Positions 52,531 to 63,370 of a stretch of 64,000 nucleotides of DNA are shown here, piece by piece; position 1 is the first letter of the stretch; the number at the start of each line of letters is the position of its first letter. The stretch spans positions 28,210,001 through 28,274,000 of the forward strand of contig NC_043014.1 of NCBI RefSeq assembly GCF_006345805.1, written 5' to 3'. The notes under the pieces are model-generated. The model had not been told where the DNA came from, ran no database searches, and worked only from the letters and a program-made list of their open reading frames with translations. Both the position numbers and the translations under genes were made by a program. Origin of the DNA: Octopus sinensis. Its lineage: Eukaryota.

Positions 52531-52854
52531 TACAGTTCACTTATATACGATGCGAAGGAATTGTTTGATGAATTTGTTTATTTTTGTCACAGTGGTTTTA
52601 GTTAACTAGAACTTGCAAGTATGGAACACACAGAGGATTTTCTTTTATGACTACTCAGACCATGGCACAGGCTCATCTTAGAATAAAATGACTGAGTAGA
52701 ATTCCATGAAGTTACATGATACATTCACTGACATTTCGATAGATCTTATATGTTGGAAAGAATAAAATGAACGTATATAGGCGATTAGTAAAAGAAAACA
52801 ATAGGTCAACTGTAATCTTTTGACAAAACGAAAAATAACGTCAATGCGGTAAAG

Positions 52855-53035
52855 GGGACTTGTCAGTGAATCATTCCTTCCAGCCTGTGGCGTTTGAGAC
52901 GTTTGGAGGGGCTGGGCCGCTAATAGCGAAGTTCTTGTCAACGTTGGCGGCTCGTCTTACTGAGGTGTCCGGTGAAATCCGTGAGGGTGCTTGGCTGTTT
53001 CAAGGCCTTAGCCTCGCCATCACCCGTGGTAATAC
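52855..53035 (+). mobile_element. CRE-like non-LTR retrotransposon 3' fragment (RLE domain end)
   Basis: Translates to SFQPVAFETFGGAGPLIAKFLSTLAARLTEVSGEIREGAWLFQGLSLAITRGN, then is truncated by a SINE. Confidence 0.7.
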
Positions 53036-53430
53036 CTATTTTTTTACTACCCACAAGGGGCTAAACACAGAGAGAACAAACAAGGACAGACAAACGGATT
53101 AAGTCGGTTATATCGACCCCAGTGCGTAGCTCGTACTTATTTAATCGACCCCGAAAGGATGAAAGGGAAAGTCGACCTCGGCGGAATTTGAACTCAGAAC
53201 GTAGCGGCAGACGAAATACCTATTTTTTTACTACCCACAAGGGGCTAAACACAGAGAGGACAAACAAGGACAAAGGGATTAAGTCGATTACATCGACTCC
53301 AGTGCGTAACTGGTACTTAATTTATCGACCCCGAAAGGATGAAAGGCAAAGTCGACCTTGGCGGAATTTGAACTCAGAACGTAAAGGAAGACGAAATACG
53401 GCTACGCATTTCGCCCGGCGTGCTAACGAT
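53035..53430 (-). mobile_element. Tandem dimer of a young family-A SINE
   Basis: Two ~187-bp units are joined at the shared GTATTT motif. They are the reverse complement of 32101-32325. Confidence 0.85.
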
Positions 53431-53582
53431 TCTCTTGTTCCTTTCTTTTTCTTCTTTCTTTTTTACTTTCTTCGCTGTTTATGTTTTCTTCGATTTTGGA
53501 TTTGTATTTTAATGTGGCTTTGTATTACATATGTATCATATATATACGTGTTGTACAAGTAGATATTCAATTTTAATGTGGT

Positions 53583-53800
53583 TTTACTCTTTTACTTGTT
53601 TCAGTCATTTGACTGTGGCCATGCTAGAGTACCGCCTTTTAGTCGAGCAAGTCGACCCCAGGACTTATTCTTTGTAAGCCTAGTACTTATTCTATCGGTC
53701 TATTTTGCCGAACTGCTAAGTTACGGGGACGTAAACACACTAGCATAGGTTGTCAAGCGATGTTGCGGGGACAAACACAGACACACAAACATACATACAT
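53583..53800 (+). mobile_element. Young family-B SINE followed by (TA)n
   Basis: ttttactcttttacttgtttcagtcatttgactgtggccatgc...gacaaacacagac. Confidence 0.8.
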
Positions 53801-53802
53801 AC

Positions 53803-53858
<56 letters not shown>

Positions 53859-54315
53859 AAAGAATATGGTACTTAACCTAGATGCACCAGAATATTTTTA
53901 TGGTATTAACCATAAAATGATGTCGGGTGATTATAACCCAAAAATACAACTATAGAATTTTGTTTGCAACAGTTAGATGCGAACTTAACCGTGGTCTGAT
54001 CGGCATCTTTCCTCATGTTCCTTGAAATTTATATCTACATCTTTATGAGTAGATTTACCTTCTCTGAGATGTCAATAATTAATTTAATGACTTTGTATTG
54101 TTGGAAAACATATATAGTCTGCTTGGAATCTTACTTCAAGCTCCTGGAACTCACTTCTATAACTTTATAAGGATATTTACACTCTCTAAGATGTTTGGAA
54201 AACCTATATGAAATTTAGCTGAAGAGTACTTGACATTATATTTGCAGCTTTAATAAAATGTTTATAGTATGAAACAATTGTACTAAACTACTGATCCATT
54301 CTTGTTGCTTATTTT

Positions 54316-54398
<83 letters not shown>

Positions 54399-54451
54399 TG
54401 AATTGAAGAAATGGAGCTGAACGCAGATTGAACAGAAATCGTTTTATTTCA

Positions 54452-54531
54452 TTCTACACGTGTTTCGAAAGGCACAAATTACCAAAATCCGATTGAATAA
54501 TGGGACCACATTGTGTCTTTCTCTTCAGGAA
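54452..54531 (-). ncRNA. Type I hammerhead ribozyme (mirror copy)
   Basis: Reverse complement of the plus-strand motif at 54713-54792. Confidence 0.8.
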
Positions 54532-54712
54532 GAAAAAAGGAAATCCGCTGGAAAAACAAAAACAGAACAGAGGCTGAGCAAAAACAAATCGAACTATGCT
54601 CCTAAGAGCCCATGGCGAAACTGTTTCGCCATGGGCTCTTAGGAGCATAGTTCGATTTGTTTTTGCTCAGCCTCTGTTCTGTTTTTGTTTTTCCAGCGGA
54701 TTTCCTTTTTTC

Positions 54713-54792
54713 TTCCTGAAGAGAAAGACACAATATGGTCCCATTATTCAATCGGATTTTGGTAATTTGTGCCTTTCGAAACACGTGTAGAA
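54713..54792 (+). ncRNA. Type I minimal hammerhead ribozyme with palindromic stem III
   Basis: The motif reads ttc-CTGAAGA-gaaagacacaa[loop]ttgtgcctttc-GAAA-C-acgt-G-TA-gaa. The core CUGANGA/GAAA is intact, with a GUA cleavage triplet (cut after 54789). Stem III ACACGUGU is self-complementary. Confidence 0.85.
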
Positions 54793-55572
54793 TGAAATAA
54801 AACGATTTCTGTTCAATCTGCGTTCAGCTCCATTTCTTCAATTCACCAATAATGTTTTAATTTCAATTATCCGCACCAACGCACGGTTGCAACGCCAGAT
54901 GGTTGTACCTCCAACCGTGCTGTTTACTGCTGTGATTTTTGCTACTAAGGTATCGGTTAAACTTTTGATTAATCTACTACAAGATTATTCATCTTTCTAT
55001 TTCACATAATATATATATATATATAATTTCAACAATTGAGGGTAAAATTAATTAATTAATTATCAATCAATTTCACCAAGTGTTCAGTATGTAAAGGGAC
55101 CATTTAAGGCGAATTCAAATTATTACATTATATAAAAGGGCTTAGTAAAATAAATTACTTTGCCACATACTGAACTCATTAGAAATAGCAGCTAAAAAAA
55201 AAACTTTTTTAAAACTATTTCTAATACTTAAAGAAAATCTCTCTCATATAGTGCTTGCTCAATTCAACTCACGAAAGTATGGGGGTAAAGACATTAAAAA
55301 ATCAGATGCAAAGGTTATTTGAGAACGTACGTTTCAAGATTAGTCAAAGTCGACACTTCTATCATCAGCTCAGAATTCCTTGGTTTGGATTTGAAAACAC
55401 TGAAAGTGGGAGCATACCTTTTCGGCATCCTATCGCTTCCGAAGATCTGCTCGGATATATATATATATATATATTGATAAAACGGTAAGATAACAAAAGA
55501 AAGAAAGAGACCTCAATATTATGTAAATAGAGGAAATTTATCTATACAATATGTTACATTACTCGGTAGTCA

Positions 55573-55635
55573 AGATAAAACTCTGAGTTTCAGATGCCGA
55601 AGTGGAAATCCACAACACCATCTCATCGGTTATCT
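55573..55635 (-). ncRNA. Variant hammerhead-like motif in the PLE 3' end (mirror copy)
   Basis: Reverse complement of 57160-57222. Confidence 0.5.
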
Positions 55636-55821
55636 GGCTATTTGAAAACGTTATGAAAAAATATACCGTTAAAAATGAAGGGAAATTACTCTGTTATAAC
55701 TCTGCTTTGCCTGCGTACTTATACATCGCTCGCATTTTTCGTCATAAAAATTATATAAAAATACATAAAAATATATAAAAATATATAAAATCTTCTTGGG
55801 ACATAACACAGAAAGCATGTT

Positions 55822-56617
55822 CTATCCGTTTTCTTTAGGGGACCAAAAACGTAACAGAAATTTAGTCACATGTGGGCATGATCCGAAAAGCTCTGTCCTT
55901 GTATTTAGACATGTGGTAGGGTCTAAGCTGCTTTTCCAGATAAGCCATCTCTCCATGTCGCATAAACCGCACCTTCCGCTGCCGTTAGTATAGGGCTTAC
56001 ATCTGGCCAAAATCTTCCATTGTATGTTATAATCGACACCTTTATCTCTTAAAGACCAAATATGATTGGATAATTGTGTCGCTTTTCTTTTGTTCCAGTG
56101 CCTAAAGCTCAAAGTGTGGTTATTGAACCTGGCCTTGAAATTACCCTCTGTCAGGCCCACGTATTTCTTCGTCGAAACGGTGTCTTTAGTGGTTATAGAG
56201 TTTACGGTAGCTTCATATATGATGGTCTTGGACATGCAAGCTCCATTTAGCGGGCACAATTCTTTATTCCTGCATGAACAGCTGTTTTCTTCTTGTGTTT
56301 TTTGTATGTTATGATTGATTATGTTTTTAAAATTGGTAGTTGAACTAAAACTAATTTTTAAATTGTGTCTATTGAAGAGTTTCCTATAAGCATGGTTAAC
56401 TGGAAAATGTCTATCTATCAGTGCTAGGAAATATTTACCTATATTGAAGGCCACCTCGGGTGAGTAAGGGGGCGTAAACCAGATGACCTTCCTATTTCTA
56501 TTATTCCTTTTCCTTATTGTTGGGCTGGTGATAGGTGTATATTTTATTTTTTCGCTAAAACCACTATCTTTTAAAGCTTTATTATAAACTGGGGCAACGC
56601 TATTGAAGATGTCCTCA
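55822..56617 (-). CDS. PLE RT thumb plus GIY-YIG endonuclease (partial; the ORF-track N-terminus 56618-56721 is antisense arm sequence)
   Basis: Motifs VIWFTPPYS..NIGKYFLALIDRHFP, CSCRNKELCPLNGAC, IIYEATV...KYVGLTEGNFKARFNNH and CGLCDMER are present. Confidence 0.88.
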
Positions 56618-57159
56618 TTTCGACGAAGAAATACGTGGGCCTGACAGAGGGTAATTTCAAGGCCAGGTTCAATAACCACACTTTGAGCTTTAGGCACTGG
56701 AACAAAAGAAAAGCGACACAATTATCCAATCATATTTGGTCTTTAAGAGATAAAGGTGTCGATTATAACATACAATGGAAGATTTTGGCCAGATGTAAGC
56801 CCTATACTAACGGCAGCGGAAGGTGCGGTTTATGCGACATGGAGAGATGGCTTATCTGGAAAAGCAGCTTAGACCCTACCACATGTCTAAATACAAGGAC
56901 AGAGCTTTTCGGATCATGCCCACATGTGACTAAATTTCTGTTACGTTTTTGGTCCCCTAAAGAAAACGGATAGAACATGCTTTCTGTGTTATGTCCCAAG
57001 AAGATTTTATATATTTTTATATATTTTTATGTATTTTTATATAATTTTTATGACGAAAAATGCGAGCGATGTATAAGTACGCAGGCAAAGCAGAGTTATA
57101 ACAGAGTAATTTCCCTTCATTTTTAACGGTATATTTTTTCATAACGTTTTCAAATAGCC

Positions 57160-57222
57160 AGATAACCGATGAGATGGTGTTGTGGATTTCCACTTCGGCA
57201 TCTGAAACTCAGAGTTTTATCT
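57160..57222 (+). ncRNA. Variant hammerhead-like motif in the PLE 3' end
   Basis: The motif reads agataa-CCGATGA-gatg...catc-t-GAA-ACT-cag-AGT-T-ttatct. Stems I, II and III can form, but it has U4C, an extra U before GAAA and a GUU triplet. Confidence 0.5.
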
Positions 57223-57740
57223 TGACTACCGAGTAATGTAACATATTGTATATATATATAGTTGGTTCCGTACCCCAATCGTGCTAAAAAACTGTCGTAA
57301 ACAAGCTTTCTTTCATCATTACTCTGAGTCACTGTTTCTTTTCATCTGCCGTACATACGATTTTCGCAGATACTTAATTACCCGAGATTTCATCTATTAT
57401 GTCACAGACCCTTTATCTCTCACCCTTAATAAAATTACATTGTTTTCCTCGACTATATTTGACACAATTAATTCTTAGCTAAGATGATCATTTATGTACT
57501 CCATCCATCTTTCATCTCTTCCTAGGGTGCCATTTGTTAGCTTTCGGACCAGGTATCTAGTTTGAGAATAATTTTCTACTTTTCTCGCACTAACTTCCGA
57601 AGCTCTTGAAGATTTCCCTTCGTTCTCTGATTACTCCATAAAACAAAACAAAACTAAAAGACTACAACTGCATTTGACTTGGCAATATAATACAATGTTG
57701 AAACGCATGTTCAATCATCGTCGTATGCATAACTTTATAA

Positions 57741-58445
57741 TTAAATTTTCTAAAGGTTAATTGCCCGCTTTCAGTTCAATTTTCCTGTAACAAGTGGATT
57801 ATAAGTGGATAAATCAGTGTATTGGCTTTAGAATAACCTTCTTTAGCCCTTAATTATAAGATGTTTATACTTCAACCGTAAATTTTTTTTTAATATACTG
57901 CCACGCTTTTTGATGGAATCCTTTTCTGTAGAGAAAGGGACTTCATCCTATATTGTTAGTAGAAAATCACTGCTTGTTACAAGGGGACCGGTAACCATTG
58001 CAATATGTAGCGGCGATAGGTCAACACGTTGTTCTGAGACTGACCAAGGAATTTTTATTTTTAGATATAAATGATGTACTTAAATGTAGTTGTGTTTTTA
58101 GCTTCTGCTTTTTCCATGATCACATGTGAGTATTTTATTTATGTTCCCTCGTAAGCTCTACTGAAGAAGAATATATCCTTTATAGGGATTAATTCCGAAA
58201 TTGATTCAATATAGAGATAACGAAATTTAAATTTTCTAAAGGTTAGTTGCCCGCTTTCAGTTCAATTTTCCTGTAACAAGTGGATTATAAGTGGATAAAT
58301 CAGTGTATTGGCTTTAGAATAACCTTCTTTAGCCCTTAATTATAAGATGTTTATACTTCAACCGTAAAGGTTTTTTTTAATATACTGCCACGATTTTTGA
58401 TGGAATCCTTTTCTGTAGAGAAAGGGACTTCATCCTATATTGTTA

Positions 58446-58448
<3 letters not shown>
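57741..58448. repeat. ~220-bp direct duplication (57741-57961 and 58227-58448)
   Basis: ttaaattttctaaaggtta...catcctatattgttagta is present twice. The second copy runs directly into (TA)n. Confidence 0.85.
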
Positions 58449-58516
<68 letters not shown>

Positions 58517-60133
58517 GGAATATTAATCCTAACTAACAGGGAAAAAATTCAATTTAGAAAGACTAAATCAAATTTCACACAATATAATATACATATATAA
58601 AAAATTAGAAAAAACCACCTTTTATCTCAAGAAAAAAACATTTTGGTGTTTGCTGTTTTTTTTTCTTGAGAACACTCTTCGTGGTAAGGCGATTTGACGT
58701 CTATTTCTAGCGTATAGGATTCCACTTTAGTGGTCATTCCTCTTATTAATTGTGATATAATTTTTAAATCTTCGGATTTTTTTGAATATGCTAAACCACT
58801 GGTTTAAATTGATGTTAATTGATTGATATCATTTTCTACCCTCAGTATTTTTATACGCGCACACACACACACACATATATATATATACGTATATATATAA
58901 CTGCTCGCGACCATATAGGGACTAGAAGAATTAGCGAAGAATTGGCTTTAGAAAAAGACAAGATAGATGTGGGTCATAATTTCATGGGTCGACTCAAGGC
59001 CACAGAATATGATAGAGCGGAGTAGAAACAAGAACCAGCTTTTAAAAAGCAAAATAATTACATAATCGAAAGTAATCTGCCTTTGCGACAGAGTACGCTC
59101 CCTTCATAATGAAGCCTATGATTTTTTTCTCTCAAACTGGAGTAATTTAGTAGTAATTTAGTAGTTCCATAACGTTAAGAAAAGAAGAACAAGAGAAAAA
59201 CAAAATAAGAAAAGCAATTTATTGAAAATTTCTTTTCTCTATGTCGCGATAAAATCACAGTGAAATAAATACCATAGCTCCTTTGCAAAAGTAATTTTTT
59301 TTGGTGTAAATAAGTACTTCGATGAAAACAAATCATTTACAGCTTCACTGTACACTGTGAACTTTTTTGGGCATGCTATTTCCCAGCATGATTCTTCTTT
59401 TCGTATTGTTGACATTAGACATTCATCTATGGTGTTGCATTTCGTGAACTCACACAAAACTTACGTGATGTGAACAGAACAAGCATCAAAACGTTCTCAA
59501 TAATTTTACGTTTTTTAACATCTTTCATCTCAACCTTACCATTTATTTACAAGTTTATTTGAATCTTTTGGTCAATAATGCAGACTTAATGTGAAATAAT
59601 TAGGGAAAGATATCAAATTCGCTCCTTTTATCATGATCTGTAACATTCCATATAAAATTTGAAATATAAAAACAGAGGAAGGGGAACAACTTTGATGGAG
59701 TTCAACGAAAAAAAATATTAGTTCTATTATTATTTTTCCTTGATTAAACCCTTTGAAGGCCATATTGCGTGAAATCTGCTCTAAAGAAAGTGCTTAAATA
59801 AAAAATTCAATTTCTGGATTAAAATCTCGTAAATATATGTTCTGTAATATTAGATTTCATTAAATAAACATTTATTACTTCATTTAACATCATAAATTCT
59901 TGATTGCTTCCCTTTACATGAATGACTTTCTTTTTGGCCAATTAATGTATGAGAGAAAAAGAGAAAGGGGAGGAGGAAAAGTGTGGAAGGGAAAGATAGT
60001 AAGAGAGTGAAAGAGAGAGGGAGATAAAGGGAGAGGGAGAAGAGGTAAATAAATATCTTTCTTTTCCTAAGATGTATTGACATATCTATCTCTGATATTC
60101 CACTGCAAATTATTTTCAAAATTTATATACGTA

Positions 60134-60523
60134 CTAGCAGTATCGCCCGGCGTTGCTCGGGTTTGTTTCGACCCTTTAGAATTGGAATTTTTGAAAAGTA
60201 AAAATTTTGCATTATGTAGCTTGTTATTCTCTTTAAGTGAACATTTTTCTGGTTGAAATACACCGAAAAATGGCGACACAGCTGTCAAAAAATTTTTAAA
60301 AATAGGGATTTTCATAGAAAAAAAGCACCTTTTTGATGTAAATAATTTTTGGTGTTAACATAGTCCGATTTGAATTTTTTCTTCTACGGAAGGAAGATCA
60401 AACCTTCTTCTATCATACTCTCAGTTTTGGTCAACTTGCGCTGCAGGGTCTCGGAGGAGATATTGTTAGTTGAAGGCTACCAAACCTGCCATACACAGAC
60501 AACTTCAGCTTTATATATAAAGA
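60134..60523 (-). mobile_element. Non-autonomous Helitron
   Basis: The minus strand begins A|TCTTTATATATAAAG and ends CCCGAGCAACGCCGGGCGATACTGCTAG|T, with a subterminal GC hairpin. Confidence 0.75.
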
Positions 60524-60649
60524 TATTTTAATAAGAATTGTTAGCGCGTCGGTCAAAATGCTTTGCAGTATTTCTTCTTGCTATTTACGTTACTGAGTGT
60601 AAACTCCGTCGAGGTTCACTTTGCCACACAAAACCATGCAGTCATATGT

Positions 60650-61850
60650 GCTATGATTGGAAAAATATGCAATAAACTGTTTTAAATTGTAAGGAAATGT
60701 ATGAAACATTGTGACAAAAAATCGGAAGAATAAATGAAAGAAGAATCGAAGTTATACTGATCATCACTCTCACCAAATAACTGGTAAAACTTCTCGGTTG
60801 TGATGGTCTCGTCGTATTCACCCTGATCCTCGATTTCACTTGTTTGATCTTCATTAACTGATGAAGCACTGGGCCTAACATTTCTTGCACAGACGAAGTC
60901 ATTATATAGCTCGTCGTCTTCTGTACCATCCATGGAACTTGAGATCCTGCACTTCAAAAATTATTTCATCACAAGTTCACTCGGTGTTTCAGCCCATGAA
61001 TCTATCACAAACTGGCAAACAATCTTAAGGAGAGGGCGTTTAAAGTTCCCAGCCTTTGTCATTTCCTTGTCACCATAAATCATCCATTCATTCCACTTAG
61101 CACGCATGTTCACCTTAAAAGGCTTGTTCACCGACACGTCGAGTGGCTAAAGCAGAGATGTACATCCATCTGGAATCACAGCTTGGTAGGTACGATGCTC
61201 CTTTAATCTATTTTTATACTGTCGATCAGATGAGCCCTGAACCATATTCCATACAAGGAACGAATTTGAATGAAGCATAGCCCTTGGCTTGAACCACACT
61301 CGTTTAACAACTGGGGTAGGTTTCGTACCTTCAGCCATACGAGCCAAAATCGTGGTGAAGTGGGCCTTGTCGCTGCCCATAGTTTTTATTGAAATTGTGT
61401 TTTCCCCTTCAATGTCGACTGTCCGAGTTCCAACCATATCGAAAAAATGGGGTGTCTCGTCCATGTTACCGATTACTTCCAAGGCAAACTCGTGACTCTT
61501 TCGTAGGTCTATTACATACTGATGGAAGGAATCAACTTTTCTGTCTACGTCGGCGGGTAATTTCTGTGCGACATGAGCCCTCTGTCTCAGCGTAAGATTG
61601 TGACCTTTCATAAATCTCGTACACCAGCCAGAGGATGCCTTAAAGTCGGATATACCATGTTCTTTAGTCACTTGGAGAGCCCACAATCTAATGATGTTTC
61701 TCGTGACGACAAGTCTATTCGTGCGTAGTTCAGGTACCCAGTCTCTCAAAATAGTCCCCATCTCCTCATTGGGACTCATTTCTATTCTAATTTTCTGTAA
61801 CGATTTGATGTCAACAGATTTCATTTTCTCACAACTTGCATTGTTTAGAT
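60650..61850 (-). mobile_element. pogo/Tc2-type transposase remnant (CENP-B HTH + DDE, POGK-like)
   Basis: Motifs FKASSGWCTRFMKGHNLTLRQR, IGNMDETPHFFDM and KTMGSDKAHFTTILA are present, with deletions and frameshifts and an acidic C-terminal remnant. Confidence 0.8.
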
Positions 61851-62109
61851 ATTTGGCTTGTAAACTCGCAACTCGCTATATTAAATTTATACTGTATATT
61901 TTTTTCTAATTATTGTTATTAGTACGGAAGAAGATCGGATAAAATTGTGATTTGCCCATATGTACACGATTGACTAAAACAAAATAAACTTAATTGTAAT
62001 ATAGAACTAAATTCTCAATAAGTATTCCTACTATCTCCACTAATGATAATTATGTGTCAGAAGAACAAGTACAGTTGTACTATACTATTCCAGTGTAAAA
62101 AAAAATCGA

Positions 62110-62455
62110 AGGTGCAATGGCCCAGTGGTTAGGTAGAAGACTCGCGGTCATAGGATCGCGGTTTCGATTCCCAGACCGGGTGTTTTGAGTGCTTATTGAA
62201 CGAAAACACTCAATAAGCACTCAATAAGCAGGGCTTAGTGGTGAACCTTGCTGTACTCTTTCACTACAACCTTTCTCACTCTTTCTTCCTGTATTTCAAA
62301 AGGCCAACTTTGTCACACTCTGTGTCACGCTGAATCTCCCCGAGAATTACGTTATGGGTACACGTGTCTGTGGAGTACTCAGCCACTTGCACGTTAATTT
62401 CACGAGCAGGCTGTGAACTGGAACTCTCGTCGTCGTAACCAATGGAGTGCTGTAG
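62110..62455 (+). mobile_element. tRNA-derived SINE
   Basis: A box TGGCCCAGTGG and B box GGTTTCGATTCCC. The body does not form a full tRNA acceptor stem. Confidence 0.65.
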
Positions 62456-62748
62456 TAGCATAAAATACATTTTGTTACATGAAACAGAAAAACGTAATTA
62501 GTTACCTCCCCTCGTCTGAACAAGTAAAACTTGAATCTAAATACAAGTTTGTGTAAGGTGTTGGGCAGAAACTACATAACAGTTTATTATGAAGGAATGG
62601 TTAAAACAATTTTCAAAAGGTGAAGGAAAATACAGAGCCATATTTATCGTTGGATCTTCAGTAAGCAAATACCAACTGTCAAGCGGTTGTGGGGGACAAA
62701 GACACACACATACACGTTTGTTTGTTTGTATGTATGTGTGTGTGTCTG

Positions 62749-62796
<48 letters not shown>

Positions 62797-63237
62797 GCAC
62801 GCACGCACACACACACACACACGCACGCATACACACACACATATATATGGACCAAAAACAATTTGATTAAAATTTCGTGCTTCTTAAAGTTTCAGAGCTC
62901 TTGAAGCTTATCGTCGGGCAGTGGAAATTTGGATGAGATGCCCGACGGTAATTTTCACGAGCTTTAAAACTTTAAGTACCACGGAATTTGAATCAAACTG
63001 TTTTGATCCATACATGTAACTCCCAATAAATGTGTTGATTGATTACACCTACTTCTAGTTGGTGTCAGATGTGATCTGGGTGGAGGACGTCTCAAACTGA
63101 ACTTGCTGTAATAATCTATGATGAGGTCTTTTTCCTTCCACGTTGATGGAAACTTTGACTAACTTATGCTGTACCTAGGTGTAGGGGTTGGTCAAATCTA
63201 GCCACAGTATAGCTCTAACATGAGAATTACAGTGGTC

Positions 63238-63240
<3 letters not shown>

Positions 63241-63268
<28 letters not shown>

Positions 63269-63370
63269 TGTATGTATGTATGTATGTATGTATGTATGTA
63301 TGTATGTATGTATGTATGTATGTATGTATGTATGTATGTATGTATGTATGTATGTATGTATGCATGTATG
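63241..63370. repeat. (ATGT)n microsatellite
   Basis: Directly visible tetranucleotide array. Confidence 0.95.

Larger units (their letters stand above)
54397..54847. repeat. 451-bp near-perfect palindrome (225-bp arms, 1-nt spacer at 54622), probably PLE pLTR-derived
   Basis: The ends are ggtgaattgaag... and ...cttcaattcacc, and the centre is catggcgaaac-t-gtttcgccatg. One arm mismatch was seen (ccacatt vs aatatgg). The left end abuts (TA)n. Confidence 0.95.
55468..57252 (-). mobile_element. 5'-truncated Penelope-like element (Neptune-type) with an inverted head-to-head arm
   Basis: Arms 55543-56177 and 56618-57252 (635 bp) are reverse complements around a 440-bp spacer. Both outer ends abut (TA)n. 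Confidence 0.9.

Noticed and set aside
53035-53430. CRISPR-like or regularly spaced repeat array
   Set aside because: It is a eukaryotic SINE tandem dimer with no unique spacers and no cas genes.
54454-54790. Mirror-image ORF pairs (64 aa and 60 aa) on both strands
   Set aside because: These arise automatically from the palindrome and show no protein-family signal.
56618-56721. N-terminal MCRFSFVPVPKAQ... of the 299-aa ORF
   Set aside because: It is the antisense of the inverted arm, not genuine PLE protein.
59239-59640. Possible minus-strand exon(s) near a GTAAGT at ~59465
   Set aside because: Candidate frames contain stops and show no recognisable homology.
62110-62185. tRNA gene
   Set aside because: A and B boxes are present, but there is no complete acceptor stem or cloverleaf and it continues into a SINE body.
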